Shown here piece after piece: positions 40,352 through 50,512 of a DNA stretch of 64,000 nt. Location: NCBI GenBank assembly GCA_964412775.1, contig CAYPPX010000003.1:75467-139466 (forward strand). Direction: 5' to 3'. Made by a program: the position numbers and the translations under genes. The notes under the pieces were generated by a model. That model saw only the letters and a list, made by a program, of their open reading frames with translations, did no database searches and was not told the DNA's origin. The stretch comes from an uncultured Pseudomonadales bacterium (GTDB taxonomy: Bacteria; Patescibacteriota; Microgenomatia; UBA1400; PJMF01). How positions within the stretch are numbered: the first letter of the stretch is position 1; each line of letters opens with the position of its first letter.

Positions 40352-41658
40352 TTCCAATAAGTAGTTGCGTCCATGGTTAAAGCTACAAAAATGTTGGTGA
40401 CAATTAGTAATAACAAAATTAAAAAATAAATAAATTTACTTATTTTCTTTAGATTTAGGCTCTCAAACAAAACTGGTAAAAAACCAACTGAAAAAATGCC
40501 TCTCATTGACCAAATAGATAAAGATTCTAGTAAGTTTAGTTTCAAAAAAGCTAAATTGAATAGCGGTAACAATAATAACCATGTCATTCCAGCCAGTAAC
40601 CAAAGCCTTTTTTCTTGAATTAATTTAATTAACTCAACCAGATTGATAATTAAAGTTGGCCACAATAAATAATCATACCAGCCATGATAAGTTGTCCCTC
40701 CTACAGAAAACAAGATAAAAACTAAGTTAATTAAAAATGTAATATTTAAAAATAAATATTTTTTATCTTTGTTAGCAAGCATAAGAATTGAAGCAAAAAA
40801 ACCTAAAATTTTCCAACCATCAAATAATAAGTGTCTGATCACCACCGGATGAATAAATAGCCGATTTTGGAGGGTTACAAAACTTAAATCCCTGGTAGAT
40901 TGACTTGAAAGTAACTTCAAAAATAATGAAAAATCATAAATTGCTCCATAAATAAAAAATAAACTAATGCCTACCAGTAAACCAAATAAACTTGCTTTGA
41001 ATAATTTCCAATTTTTTTCTAAAAAAGCATAAGCCAAAATTGAAACTGGAATCACTAAACCAGCAACTTTTGTCAAAACTGCTAGCAAACTTAAGATAAA
41101 AACTAATTTAATCGACCATTTTTTGTCTAAATTAAACACTGCACAATAGGCTAAAATTGTCCAAGTAACTAATAAATTTTCAGCCACCACTAACCGGCTA
41201 CCAAAAACCAATGTTGGAATAGTGATAAACAAAGTCGTTGCTAATAAAGAAAATCTTTTCTTGCTAAAAAATTTATCAACCACTAACCAAAATAAACCAA
41301 CATTTAGTGCTCCCAATAAAATCATCGGGAAACGAACTAATTTAGCCGAAGGAAAATCTAACCAATGAGCTTTTAAACTTTGAGCTAATCCTGGTAACAA
41401 AGAAAACAATGGTGGATGATCAAAAGCTGGTCTAACAACTGGTGCATCATAAACTCCAGTTTTGTAAATGTATTTATCTTCATAATCAGTAAAATATGAC
41501 CAAGAGGCAGGAACTTTTTCTTGAATTAACGAAGCACCAAGCATCGTCCAAGCCCATTCATCAGCTGTTTCACCAAAAACAGGAAAGTGATAATAATTAT
41601 AAACTCTAATTAAAAATCCTATGATTACCAACAATAAAAAAATAGCTATTTTCTTCAT
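40312..41658 (-). CDS. PMT-family (GT39-like) membrane glycosyltransferase
   Basis: PAFDHPPLFSLLPGL motif, polytopic. Confidence 0.5.
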   Translation of the reverse strand: MKKIAIFLLLVIIGFLIRVYNYYHFPVFGETADEWAWTMLGASLIQEKVPASWSYFTDYEDKYIYKTGVYDAPVVRPAFDHPPLFSLLPGLAQSLKAHWLDFPSAKLVRFPMILLGALNVGLFWLVVDKFFSKKRFSLLATTLFITIPTLVFGSRLVVAENLLVTWTILAYCAVFNLDKKWSIKLVFILSLLAVLTKVAGLVIPVSILAYAFLEKNWKLFKASLFGLLVGISLFFIYGAIYDFSLFLKLLSSQSTRDLSFVTLQNRLFIHPVVIRHLLFDGWKILGFFASILMLANKDKKYLFLNITFLINLVFILFSVGGTTYHGWYDYLLWPTLIINLVELIKLIQEKRLWLLAGMTWLLLLPLFNLAFLKLNLLESLSIWSMRGIFSVGFLPVLFESLNLKKISKFIYFLILLLLIVTNIFVALTMDATTYWNQAAFFDVNNPLR

Positions 41659-43148
41659 TTATTAAGTAAATTTTTTACTTCTCTGAAAATTCGTTGGTGC
41701 CCTACTAACAAAATTACCACCAAATAAACAAAAGAGGTTACAAACATGCCAAGCAACATTGTTCTCAAACTAGTTGCCCAATAATTTAGTTGCCAGCAAC
41801 CAACCAAGGTCATCATCGCTACTCCAACTGTTGCTTCCTTAATTTGAGGTAAGATTTCTAATGGAATATATTTTTTAACCATTTGCACCGAAAAAATTGA
41901 AGTAAAAGAAATCAAAAAAGCTGCCAAAGCTACACCGTTGAAACCTAGCCACCACATCATGATTGGGGTCAAAATCCAAGTCAAAACAGTCCACATCACC
42001 ATCAATTTTAAAGTTTGATTAATATGACCAATCGCATTGAGAGTATTAACTAGTGGCGTTGATAAAGCTGCCCAACCAATGCTCAAGGCAAAGAAAATAA
42101 AACTAAAAATGGCTGGTTCCCACTTGGCATATTTATCGACAACTTGAGTAAGTGGCCAAATAAAGATACTCATTCCTGCTAGGATCGGAAAAATTGCTAA
42201 AGAAATAAAGAAAATTGATTTTTCAATCGCTTTTTTTAGTAAATCTTGGTGATTTTGCAATCTAGAATAAGTTGGGAAAGTAATAGCCATAACATTTTGC
42301 ACAGTTAAATTATATGGATACATAGACCAATTTTTTGCCCATTGAATATAACCGAATTGATCTAATGGTAAAAATGCACCCAAACCCAGATAAAAAAGTT
42401 GATCTTTTATCCTGGCTAAAAAATCGTTTAACTGAAATTTTAAACCGAAGTTCAACATTGATTTTAAAACATTACTACTCCAAAAAAAGCCAATCTCTTT
42501 CCAAGGTTCAATCAGCCACATTACCACTACACCAATTAACGATCTAGCAATAATTGCATAAGCATAAGCCATCACCCCAAAACCTTTTAAAGCTAAAACA
42601 ATCAACAAACCATAAAAAACAATTTGTTCAAAAATTTGGGGAATAACTAGCCTTTGAAACAATAATTTTCTCTCCAATTTGATTGAAGAAACAGTTTTTA
42701 GGGTAGCTAGAGGAAAAGAAATCGCCAAACTTAATAAAACCCAAACACCAGCTTGACCTACTTTGGCTTGAATAAAACCAAAACTTAATAAGCTCAAGAT
42801 TACTGCCACAATCACCCAAGACAATAACCACTGTAAAGTAAAAGCAACTCGATATTCTTCATTTTTAGGATCATTTTTTTGCTGAACGAGTGAGGCTGCT
42901 AAACCAATATCAGAGAAAAAAATCAATAAACCAATAATTTGCGTCACATAACCATAAACACCAAAATCACTTGGTGAAAAAAATGCACTCAAAATAAAAG
43001 CAGCAACTAACCCAATTCCTTGTAAAAAAGCAGTTCTAAAAAAATATGAAATAACTCCAGAAACAGATTTTCTTTTTATTTCTGCTACTTCATCAGTCAT
43101 TAGTTCTTCAAGCTCATCGGTTGTATCGGCTACTGTTTGATTAATCAT
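41655..43148 (-). CDS. Wzx/MOP-superfamily oligosaccharide flippase
   Basis: About 12-14 TM helices and the length and topology of polysaccharide biosynthesis (PST/Wzx) proteins. Confidence 0.6.
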   Translation of the reverse strand: MINQTVADTTDELEELMTDEVAEIKRKSVSGVISYFFRTAFLQGIGLVAAFILSAFFSPSDFGVYGYVTQIIGLLIFFSDIGLAASLVQQKNDPKNEEYRVAFTLQWLLSWVIVAVILSLLSFGFIQAKVGQAGVWVLLSLAISFPLATLKTVSSIKLERKLLFQRLVIPQIFEQIVFYGLLIVLALKGFGVMAYAYAIIARSLIGVVVMWLIEPWKEIGFFWSSNVLKSMLNFGLKFQLNDFLARIKDQLFYLGLGAFLPLDQFGYIQWAKNWSMYPYNLTVQNVMAITFPTYSRLQNHQDLLKKAIEKSIFFISLAIFPILAGMSIFIWPLTQVVDKYAKWEPAIFSFIFFALSIGWAALSTPLVNTLNAIGHINQTLKLMVMWTVLTWILTPIMMWWLGFNGVALAAFLISFTSIFSVQMVKKYIPLEILPQIKEATVGVAMMTLVGCWQLNYWATSLRTMLLGMFVTSFVYLVVILLVGHQRIFREVKNLLNK

Positions 43149-45012
43149 ATTGTTCTCTTGGTTGCTTAGTAACTATTTTTTTAGGGAAGATCAAATAAAT
43201 AAAAATTAACCAACTTAACAAGCTAAGGTAATCAGCGATTGTTCTTAAATTAGTCCCTTCAAACCTTAAACTAATCAAATGACTACCCGCTGGTACTGCC
43301 AATAAAATATTACCATTTTCAGCTTTGTCCTTATTCCACCACTGACCATCAATCTCTGCTCTCCAACCAGGATAAGTTGCAACTGCTAACTCTAAATCAG
43401 TAGTCTCAGCAAAATTAGTTTTAATCAGTTTTTCTTGAGTCCGGTCTACCAAAACTTCAAAACTATCAGTGTCATTATTTATATTCATCACTAATTTTTC
43501 AGGTATCACGGTTGGCTTTTCAAGCATATCTGCAGAAATGTAATCTGGCAAAATACTGCTTAATTGGTGACGAATTTTTAATGAGTCAGTGTAATAAAAA
43601 TCAGTTGAATCAACTAAATATTTTTCTGGTCTAAAATAAATAGCTGAGCCAAAAACAGTAATTACCACTAATAAACCAGTTAACCATACTCTAACAATTT
43701 TGTTTTTAACTAGCCACACTAAACTAGCCAGTAGTAATGCCAAAAAAACAATGGTTATCCCTAACCATCTCCAAGGAAACTGAATAAACTTGAATAACTC
43801 AATCTTATCCCACAAAAACTGAGTTTTTAGTAAACTCATTAAGCTGGTAGTTAAAAATAAGCCAGCAAATAAACTAGTAAAAAAGAATTTTTGTTGAGTA
43901 ATTGGTTGAGCTTGGTTGAAAAATTTTCGCAATATAGACATCAACCAAAGCAAAACTAAAACTACCAAAGCTAAAAGCTGCCCCCAACCAAAGAAAAAAG
44001 AAATTTGATCTTCTGTCCCCCAACCACTTCCACCATAACCCCAGTTCGGAATAAAAAATTGACGAATATATAAAAAGTGCAAGTGATAATCAAAATATGG
44101 GGTCAAGATGATTTTTTCCACTTGAGTATAATTTTTTTCTAAAAAGGCTGGTAATAAATAAAAACTAGCAGCGCCAACAGCCAACAAACCACTACTAGCT
44201 ATTTGCCAACCAATTCTTATCAAGTTCCTCAATCTAAATCTCCCTTTTCTAAAAAGTTCTGGAGCCTGTTGCCAAACCATCCATAAACCATAACTACCAG
44301 CAAATACCAACAAAACTGGTAAAAAGATCATTGTTGTAATATTGTGTGACAAGAACAGTCCCACTAAAGACAAGAAAAAAATCTGCCAACCAGCTTTTTC
44401 TTGATGAAAAAGTTTAATTAATCCCAAAAGAATCCATGGTAAAAACATAATTCCCCAAGCTTCATTTAAAGCACCCCTAGCAAATAAATTCATTGCCCGA
44501 TATGGAGCTAAGGTTAGAAAAGCTGCTACCAATAATCCACCAGCCTGGCCAAAAAACTTTTTACCCAAAAAATAGCCACCAAGCATGGTGCCAAGGTTAG
44601 TGAGCAAATAGAGAAATTTAATACTAATAATGACATTATTTGAAATGATAAAGACTATTGCTCCCAGATAAAATGGTAATGGGCCATAAAACTCAAAAAG
44701 AGGCATCCCATAACCATAACCAAAGTTTGCTGTCCATCTAACCGGGAAATGGCCATCTTGGAGAGCTCTAGCCATTTCAGCAATCCTACCTGCTTGAGTA
44801 AAATCATGCACCCTGAAAAATTGATTGGTCACTAATAAAGACCAGGAAGAGGCCAAAAAAATTAACAACAAAAAAGATAATACAAACCACTGTTTGAATC
44901 TCTGCACAAGCTTATTGTAGCTTAAGATTAGAGAAATGCCTACAATTTTTCTCTTTAAAAAAAATCGTATACAATAGCTGATGTTCATGAAAAAGAAAAA
45001 ACCATTAAACAA
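43141..45012 (-). CDS. Large membrane protein, YfhO-like paralog family A
   Basis: FRVHDFTQAGRIAEMARALQDGHFPVRW N-terminal motif and C-terminal TYPGWRAEIDGQ beta-domain. Confidence 0.5.
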   Translation of the reverse strand: MFNGFFFFMNISYCIRFFLKRKIVGISLILSYNKLVQRFKQWFVLSFLLLIFLASSWSLLVTNQFFRVHDFTQAGRIAEMARALQDGHFPVRWTANFGYGYGMPLFEFYGPLPFYLGAIVFIISNNVIISIKFLYLLTNLGTMLGGYFLGKKFFGQAGGLLVAAFLTLAPYRAMNLFARGALNEAWGIMFLPWILLGLIKLFHQEKAGWQIFFLSLVGLFLSHNITTMIFLPVLLVFAGSYGLWMVWQQAPELFRKGRFRLRNLIRIGWQIASSGLLAVGAASFYLLPAFLEKNYTQVEKIILTPYFDYHLHFLYIRQFFIPNWGYGGSGWGTEDQISFFFGWGQLLALVVLVLLWLMSILRKFFNQAQPITQQKFFFTSLFAGLFLTTSLMSLLKTQFLWDKIELFKFIQFPWRWLGITIVFLALLLASLVWLVKNKIVRVWLTGLLVVITVFGSAIYFRPEKYLVDSTDFYYTDSLKIRHQLSSILPDYISADMLEKPTVIPEKLVMNINNDTDSFEVLVDRTQEKLIKTNFAETTDLELAVATYPGWRAEIDGQWWNKDKAENGNILLAVPAGSHLISLRFEGTNLRTIADYLSLLSWLIFIYLIFPKKIVTKQPREQYD

Positions 45013-46138
45013 AGAAATAAAACCGGAGTTAATCGCTGATGAAACAGCTGAACAAAAATCAGACTACTCGAGTAATTTATTTTATTTATTTCTAAAAACC
45101 AACCTGTTAGCCTTATTTTTTGCCAGCATCATGTTATTTATGACTGCTATTGCCATTGGTATCTGGGGATATAGCAAATATCAAAGATTTGCTAATACTG
45201 CAGAAATAAATATCATCGAACTAAGAAAAACTCTAGAAAAAGGCTGGACCCAAGAACCTATGGCCACCAATGGTTATAAAAATATTCTACTACTCGGTGT
45301 TGATTCACTGACTGGCCGAGGTAATGTCCCACCATTGACCGATACTATGATGTTATTAACTATTAATTTAAAAACTGGTCAAGTTAATACTTTACCTTTC
45401 CCTAGAGATTTATGGTCAGAAAAATACCAAACCAAGATTAATGCCCTCTATTTTTATGGTCAAGAGCGTTTTCCCAATAAACCAGAACAATTTACCGAAG
45501 AAACTTTAGAAGAATTGACTGGTATAGAGATTCACCACACTCTAGTCGTTTCGCTAGATAAACTAGAAGAATTAATTGATACTGTCGGTGGAGTGACTAT
45601 CGATATTCCAGTTGGTTTTACAGATGATGAATTTCCTCGGCCAAACATTGATGTCACTATAGAAAGAGATCCTAAAATTCTTTACCAAACCGTTACTTTT
45701 GAACCTGGTAACCAAACTCTGTCTGGAGAAAGAGCCTTACAATATATTAGAAGTCGTCATAGTGAAGGTGATGAGGGTACAGACATCTCTCGTGGAGCAA
45801 GACAACAACTAGTAATTAAAGCTCTAGTTGCTCAGCTTATGAATTTTGATCAATACCTCAAACAACCAGAACTAGCTGGAGAGCTTTACAAGTTTTATGA
45901 TGAAAACTTTGCTTCCGCTTTTTCTTTAGAAGAAGCTATCGCCACAGCTAAAAAACTTTTACCAGTTAGAGATCAAATTGAGCTTCAAAGTCATCAATTT
46001 TCTACTACCAAAGAAGACCCAACCAATGGCTTACTAGACAATCCCAGGCCATCTTATCTGTACCAAAATCAATGGGTTTATACCATCAAAAATGAAGCCA
46101 ATTTTAAGTTAGCAGTTCAAGAAATGTTGTTCCAATGA
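44981..46138 (+). CDS. LytR-CpsA-Psr (LCP) family glycopolymer phosphotransferase
   Basis: N-terminal TM, then NILLLGVDS...R.DTMMLLTINLKTGQVNTLPFPRDLW, the classic LCP core. Confidence 0.8.
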   Translation: MFMKKKKPLNKEIKPELIADETAEQKSDYSSNLFYLFLKTNLLALFFASIMLFMTAIAIGIWGYSKYQRFANTAEINIIELRKTLEKGWTQEPMATNGYKNILLLGVDSLTGRGNVPPLTDTMMLLTINLKTGQVNTLPFPRDLWSEKYQTKINALYFYGQERFPNKPEQFTEETLEELTGIEIHHTLVVSLDKLEELIDTVGGVTIDIPVGFTDDEFPRPNIDVTIERDPKILYQTVTFEPGNQTLSGERALQYIRSRHSEGDEGTDISRGARQQLVIKALVAQLMNFDQYLKQPELAGELYKFYDENFASAFSLEEAIATAKKLLPVRDQIELQSHQFSTTKEDPTNGLLDNPRPSYLYQNQWVYTIKNEANFKLAVQEMLFQ

Positions 46139-46353
46139 AAACTATCTTTGTAAAAGTCAAACCAAATAGCCGAAAAAATGAAATCAAAGAAGTTCATGGC
46201 TTATTAGTCGTCTACCTAACCAAATCACCAGAGCAAGGTAAAGCAAATAAACAACTTTTAACCATGTTGGCTAACTACTATGGAGTAAAACTTTCCCAAG
46301 TTTTACTCTTAAGTGGTGAGACTTCAGCTGACAAAAAAATCGGAATTTTATAA
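46135..46353 (+). CDS. DUF167/YggU-family small protein
   Basis: VKVKPNSRKNEI...GKANKQLLTMLANYYGV...LLSGETSADKKIGI matches the YggU consensus including the GKAN motif. Translationally coupled to the LCP gene. Confidence 0.6.
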   Translation: MKTIFVKVKPNSRKNEIKEVHGLLVVYLTKSPEQGKANKQLLTMLANYYGVKLSQVLLLSGETSADKKIGIL

Positions 46354-46382
46354 AAGTTAGTTTATACTTTAAATATTAAACT

Positions 46383-46574
46383 ATGAAAAAAATCTTTACC
46401 CAAACTCTGCCACAACCACTCTCCCCTAAAGTTATTATTCGGGTACTGCTGGTGGTAATTATTGGTTTGGCTTATTTGGCTGGTTACTACCACTCTCTAT
46501 GGCAGTTACAAAATAAAAAAATAGACAACTTAGAAAATAACCAATACAATTGCGAAATAGTTGATAATTATTAA
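46383..46574 (+). CDS. Small single-TM membrane protein
   Basis: ORF with one hydrophobic helix (IIRVLLVVIIGLAYLAGYY). Confidence 0.35.
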   Translation: MKKIFTQTLPQPLSPKVIIRVLLVVIIGLAYLAGYYHSLWQLQNKKIDNLENNQYNCEIVDNY

Positions 46575-46588
46575 GTTAAGGAAAGAAT

Positions 46589-47602
46589 ATGGCAAAAACT
46601 TTGTTAGTCACTGGTGGAGCTGGTTTTATTGGCTCTAACTTTGTACTTTATTGGTTGAAAAACCATCCAGAAGATAAGATCATTAACCTCGATAAGCTCA
46701 CCTATGCTGGCAACTTAGCCAACCTAACTACAGTTGAAAACCAACCCAATTACACTTTTATTAGAGGCGACATTGGTGATAAAGAATTAGTTGATAAAAT
46801 CATGGATGACGTTGATGTGGTGGTTCACTTCGCGGCTGAATCTCATGTTGATCGTTCAATTAAGAATCCAGAATTATTTTTGGAAACAAATATCATTGGT
46901 ACTCAAGTTTTACTTGATTCAGCTCTCAAAAATAAAATTGAAAGATTTCACCATATTTCTACTGATGAGGTTTTTGGTGCTTTGGAATTAAATACTAAAG
47001 AAAAATTCTCTCATGATACCGCTTACAATCCTCATAGCCCATACTCTGCTAGCAAAGCTGCTTCTGATCATTTAGTGAGAGCTTACGGCACCACTTATGG
47101 CTTACCATACACCATTACCAACTGTTCAAACAATTATGGTGAATATCAATTTCCAGAAAAGTTCTTACCATTAACTATTACTAATCTGCTGGAAAATAAA
47201 ACTATCCCAGTTTATGGCGATGGTCTTTATGTCCGTGACTGGCTTTATGTCCAAGATCACTGTACTGCCATTGATAAAGTTTTGACTGATGGTAAGTTAA
47301 AAGAAACTTACCTAATTGGTGGCTTGACTGAAGATGTTTCTAACTTAGAAATTTCTAAAATGATTATTAAACTAATGGGTAAATCAGAAGATAGCATTGA
47401 ATATGTCCAAGATCGTCCTGGTCATGATCGACGCTATGCTGTTGACTGGACCAAAATCAATCAAGAGCTTGGCTGGGAACCTAGTGTCTCATTAGAAGAA
47501 GGTATCCAAAAAACAATTGATTGGTATAAAAATAATCAAGCTTGGTGGCAAACCCTCAAAAATAATCAACAAGCATACTTTTCAGAACAATACAAAAAAT
47601 AA
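46589..47602 (+). CDS. rfbB: dTDP-glucose 4,6-dehydratase
   Basis: LLVTGGAGFIGSNFV, DKLTYAGNL, YSASKAASDH (YxxxK), extended SDR of the RmlB type. Confidence 0.8.
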   Translation: MAKTLLVTGGAGFIGSNFVLYWLKNHPEDKIINLDKLTYAGNLANLTTVENQPNYTFIRGDIGDKELVDKIMDDVDVVVHFAAESHVDRSIKNPELFLETNIIGTQVLLDSALKNKIERFHHISTDEVFGALELNTKEKFSHDTAYNPHSPYSASKAASDHLVRAYGTTYGLPYTITNCSNNYGEYQFPEKFLPLTITNLLENKTIPVYGDGLYVRDWLYVQDHCTAIDKVLTDGKLKETYLIGGLTEDVSNLEISKMIIKLMGKSEDSIEYVQDRPGHDRRYAVDWTKINQELGWEPSVSLEEGIQKTIDWYKNNQAWWQTLKNNQQAYFSEQYKK

Positions 47603-47614
47603 AGAAAGACTTGC

Positions 47615-48487
47615 ATGAAAACATTACTTACTACTGGATTAAATGGCTTAGTTGGTTCTAAGTTTGCTGAAGATTTTAAAAATAGTTATCAATTTGATAA
47701 CCTTGACTTACGTGATCCCAGTCAACCAACCGACATAACTAAATATGATCAGGTATTAGCTAAATTCCAACAGTCTGATGCCACTCACACAATTCATTTA
47801 GCTGCCTATACTGATGTCACTGGAGCTTGGCAACAAACTGACGATACTAATGGTATTGCCTATCAAGTTAATGTCATTGGAACTGAAAATGTTGTTAAAG
47901 CCGCTGAAGCAACTGGTAAACATTTAATCTATGTCTCCACAGCATATGTTTTTGATGGTGAGAAAAAAGAACACTACACTGAAACAGATAGTCCAAACCC
48001 AATTGAATGGTATGGTAAAACCAAGTTTTTAGCTGAAGAAATAGTCAAAAAAGCGCAATGTCCATGGACTATCTTGAGAATTGATCAACCTTTCCGTTCT
48101 GATGAGTTTGAAAAAGTTGATACAGCACATAGAATTATTAATGGTATCAAGGCTGGTTCTTTATATCCACAATTTACCAATCACTATTTTGGCCCAACCT
48201 TCGTTGATGACTTCGCTAAAGTATTAGACTTTACTGTGAGAACTAGCCCAACTGGTATTTACCATGCTTCCAGTGGTGAATCATGGACTGATTATGACTT
48301 CGCTGTTGCGATCAATGAAGCCCTTAATTTGGGAGCTGAGATTGGTAAAGGTGACTTAGAAGCATATTTGGCCAGTTCTGCTCGTCCATACCAAAGAAAT
48401 ACAGCCATGAGCAATCAAAAGCTCTTAGCCATCTTAGATTTTGAGCCAAAAACCATTAAACAAGCTTTAAGTGAAATAAAAATCTAA
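47615..48487 (+). CDS. rfbD: dTDP-4-dehydrorhamnose reductase-like
   Basis: RmlD-like substrate-binding domain: AAYTDVT...YVSTAYVFDG...YGKTK. Confidence 0.6.
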   Translation: MKTLLTTGLNGLVGSKFAEDFKNSYQFDNLDLRDPSQPTDITKYDQVLAKFQQSDATHTIHLAAYTDVTGAWQQTDDTNGIAYQVNVIGTENVVKAAEATGKHLIYVSTAYVFDGEKKEHYTETDSPNPIEWYGKTKFLAEEIVKKAQCPWTILRIDQPFRSDEFEKVDTAHRIINGIKAGSLYPQFTNHYFGPTFVDDFAKVLDFTVRTSPTGIYHASSGESWTDYDFAVAINEALNLGAEIGKGDLEAYLASSARPYQRNTAMSNQKLLAILDFEPKTIKQALSEIKI

Positions 48488-49137
48488 GTAGATTTTTTTC
48501 GATTGGTTTCTCTCCAAGCTACAATTTTTTTATGGTCACCTGTGAGTAAAACTTCTGGCACAGACCAATTTTTGTAAACTTCAGGCCGAGTATACTGAGG
48601 AAAACCTAATTGACCTGGTTGGTTGTGTGATTCGCCTTGATTACTAGCTTCATTACCCAACACACCAGGTAATAATCTAGCGACACTGTCAGCGATAACC
48701 ACGGCAGCTGGTTCACCGCCGGTCATTACATAATCACCAATTCTTAACTCTTCATCGATTAAGTAATCAGTAATTCGCTCATCTACCCCTTCATAATGGC
48801 CACAAATAATCGCCATTCGCTTCAACTGAGCAAAATTTTTAGCAGTTTCCTGAGTATAAACACCACCTTGAGCCGAAGTTAGAATAATTTTTTCATCAAC
48901 AGTCCCCTTTTTAAAACTATGTGCAGATAATGCCAAATCAATTGGCTCAACTTTCATCACCATACCTGGACCTCCACCATATGGTCGATCATCAGTAACT
49001 TTATGCTTATCAGTTGCAAAATCACGAATATTTACTACTTTAAGCAGTTGTTTTTCAGTATTGGCTTTTCCCAAAATAGAAGCCTCAAATGGACCTTTAA
49101 AAAATTCCGGGAATAAAGTAAAAATAACAATCTCCAT
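48484..49137 (-). CDS. trmD: tRNA (guanine37-N1)-methyltransferase
   Basis: IFTLFPEFF...DDRPYGGGPGMVM...SPOUT knot motifs. Start set at the internal Met that aligns with TrmD N-termini. Confidence 0.85.
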   Translation of the reverse strand: MEIVIFTLFPEFFKGPFEASILGKANTEKQLLKVVNIRDFATDKHKVTDDRPYGGGPGMVMKVEPIDLALSAHSFKKGTVDEKIILTSAQGGVYTQETAKNFAQLKRMAIICGHYEGVDERITDYLIDEELRIGDYVMTGGEPAAVVIADSVARLLPGVLGNEASNQGESHNQPGQLGFPQYTRPEVYKNWSVPEVLLTGDHKKIVAWRETNRKKST

Positions 49138-49197
49138 AATGCAATTATATAATGATATACTTGCCAAGTAAGATATAAATTTTTTAGGAAAAATATC

Positions 49198-50499
49198 ATG
49201 AATGTGACTTTTATTGGAACAGGTTTTGTCGGCGTTGTTAGTGCTGCCGTTTACGCTTCTTTTGGTAATGAAGTAATTGGTTTAGATGTTGATGAGAAAA
49301 AAATTGCTTTACTAAAAAACAGCAAAGTGCCTTTTTTTGAACCTGGCCTAGAAGAACTCCTCAAAGCTCAACAAAAAAATGGCAATTTAACTTTTACAAC
49401 TGATTACAAACAAGCTATTGGCAATGCTGAAGTAATTATGATTGCTGTCGGCACTCCATCTGCTCCAGATGGTCAGGCTGACCTTAAATATGTCTTTGCT
49501 AGCGCTAAATCATTAGCTCCATATCTCAAGAAAAATACCATTGTGGCTATTAAATCCACTGTCCCACCTGGAACTTTAGCCAAAGTTGAGGCAATTATTA
49601 AAGAGGAAACAACCACTAAATTTTTTACAGCTTCAGTACCAGAATTTTTGAAAGAAGGTAGCGCGGTTCATGATACTTTGCATCCAGACAGAATTGTGAT
49701 TGGAGCTACAGAACTTGAAGTCTTTACTAAACTAGAAGAACTACACCAACCACTCAATGCTCCAATCATCAAGGTTAAGCCAGAATCTGCTCAAATGGCT
49801 AAATATTCAGCTAATGCTTATCTGGCCACCAGAATTACTTTTATCAACCAAATTGCTGACTTATGTGAAAAAAATGGTGCTGATGTTAATGATATTGTCA
49901 AAGCAATTGGCTTTGATAAAAGAATTGGCCAACATTACTGGTATCCAGGTTTAGGCTATGGTGGCTCATGCTTTCCTAAAGACGTTAAAGAACTAGCCGC
50001 TTACTCCAGAGCTGTAGGTGAAAGTGATAATTTGTTTAATAAAGTTAATGAGCTCAATGAAAATAGAATTCCTAAACTTCTTAGAAAATTTGAAGAAAAA
50101 GTCGGTGGTTGGGAAAACAAAAAAATTGCGGTCTTGGGCATTGCTTTTAAACCAAATACTGATGATATGAGAGAAGCCCCTGCTACTAAAATTATTCCAA
50201 TTTTATTGAGTAAAGGAGCCATTGTTAATAGTTATGATCCCATGGCCTCCTGGCAAGAATTCTTTAGACTAGAAACTTTAGAAGAAAATCATACTCAAGT
50301 TAAATCAATCGAAACTGCAGTCAAAGAAGCAGATGTGATTATCTCTTTAATTGAATGGCCAGAAATTACTCAGTTTGATTTCTCAAAGACTAAAGAGACT
50401 GATAAAATGCAATGGTTTATTGATGCAAGAAACCAATTCTCTGAAAAAACACTCAAACAACAAAAATATCGATATTTAGGCATTGGAAAATTAAATTAA
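49198..50499 (+). CDS. ugd: UDP-glucose 6-dehydrogenase (UDP-glucose/GDP-mannose dehydrogenase family)
   Basis: VTFIGTGFVGVVSAAV Rossmann motif, catalytic GGSCFPKD box. Confidence 0.8.
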   Translation: MNVTFIGTGFVGVVSAAVYASFGNEVIGLDVDEKKIALLKNSKVPFFEPGLEELLKAQQKNGNLTFTTDYKQAIGNAEVIMIAVGTPSAPDGQADLKYVFASAKSLAPYLKKNTIVAIKSTVPPGTLAKVEAIIKEETTTKFFTASVPEFLKEGSAVHDTLHPDRIVIGATELEVFTKLEELHQPLNAPIIKVKPESAQMAKYSANAYLATRITFINQIADLCEKNGADVNDIVKAIGFDKRIGQHYWYPGLGYGGSCFPKDVKELAAYSRAVGESDNLFNKVNELNENRIPKLLRKFEEKVGGWENKKIAVLGIAFKPNTDDMREAPATKIIPILLSKGAIVNSYDPMASWQEFFRLETLEENHTQVKSIETAVKEADVIISLIEWPEITQFDFSKTKETDKMQWFIDARNQFSEKTLKQQKYRYLGIGKLN

Positions 50500-50512
50500 A
50501 AAGGATTTAAAA

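Noticed and set aside
44955-44975. 10-bp palindrome TTGTATACAA in the divergent region between the YfhO-like gene and the LCP gene
   Set aside because: A short AT-rich palindrome in AT-rich DNA, likely chance. It overlaps predicted coding N-termini whose true starts are uncertain.
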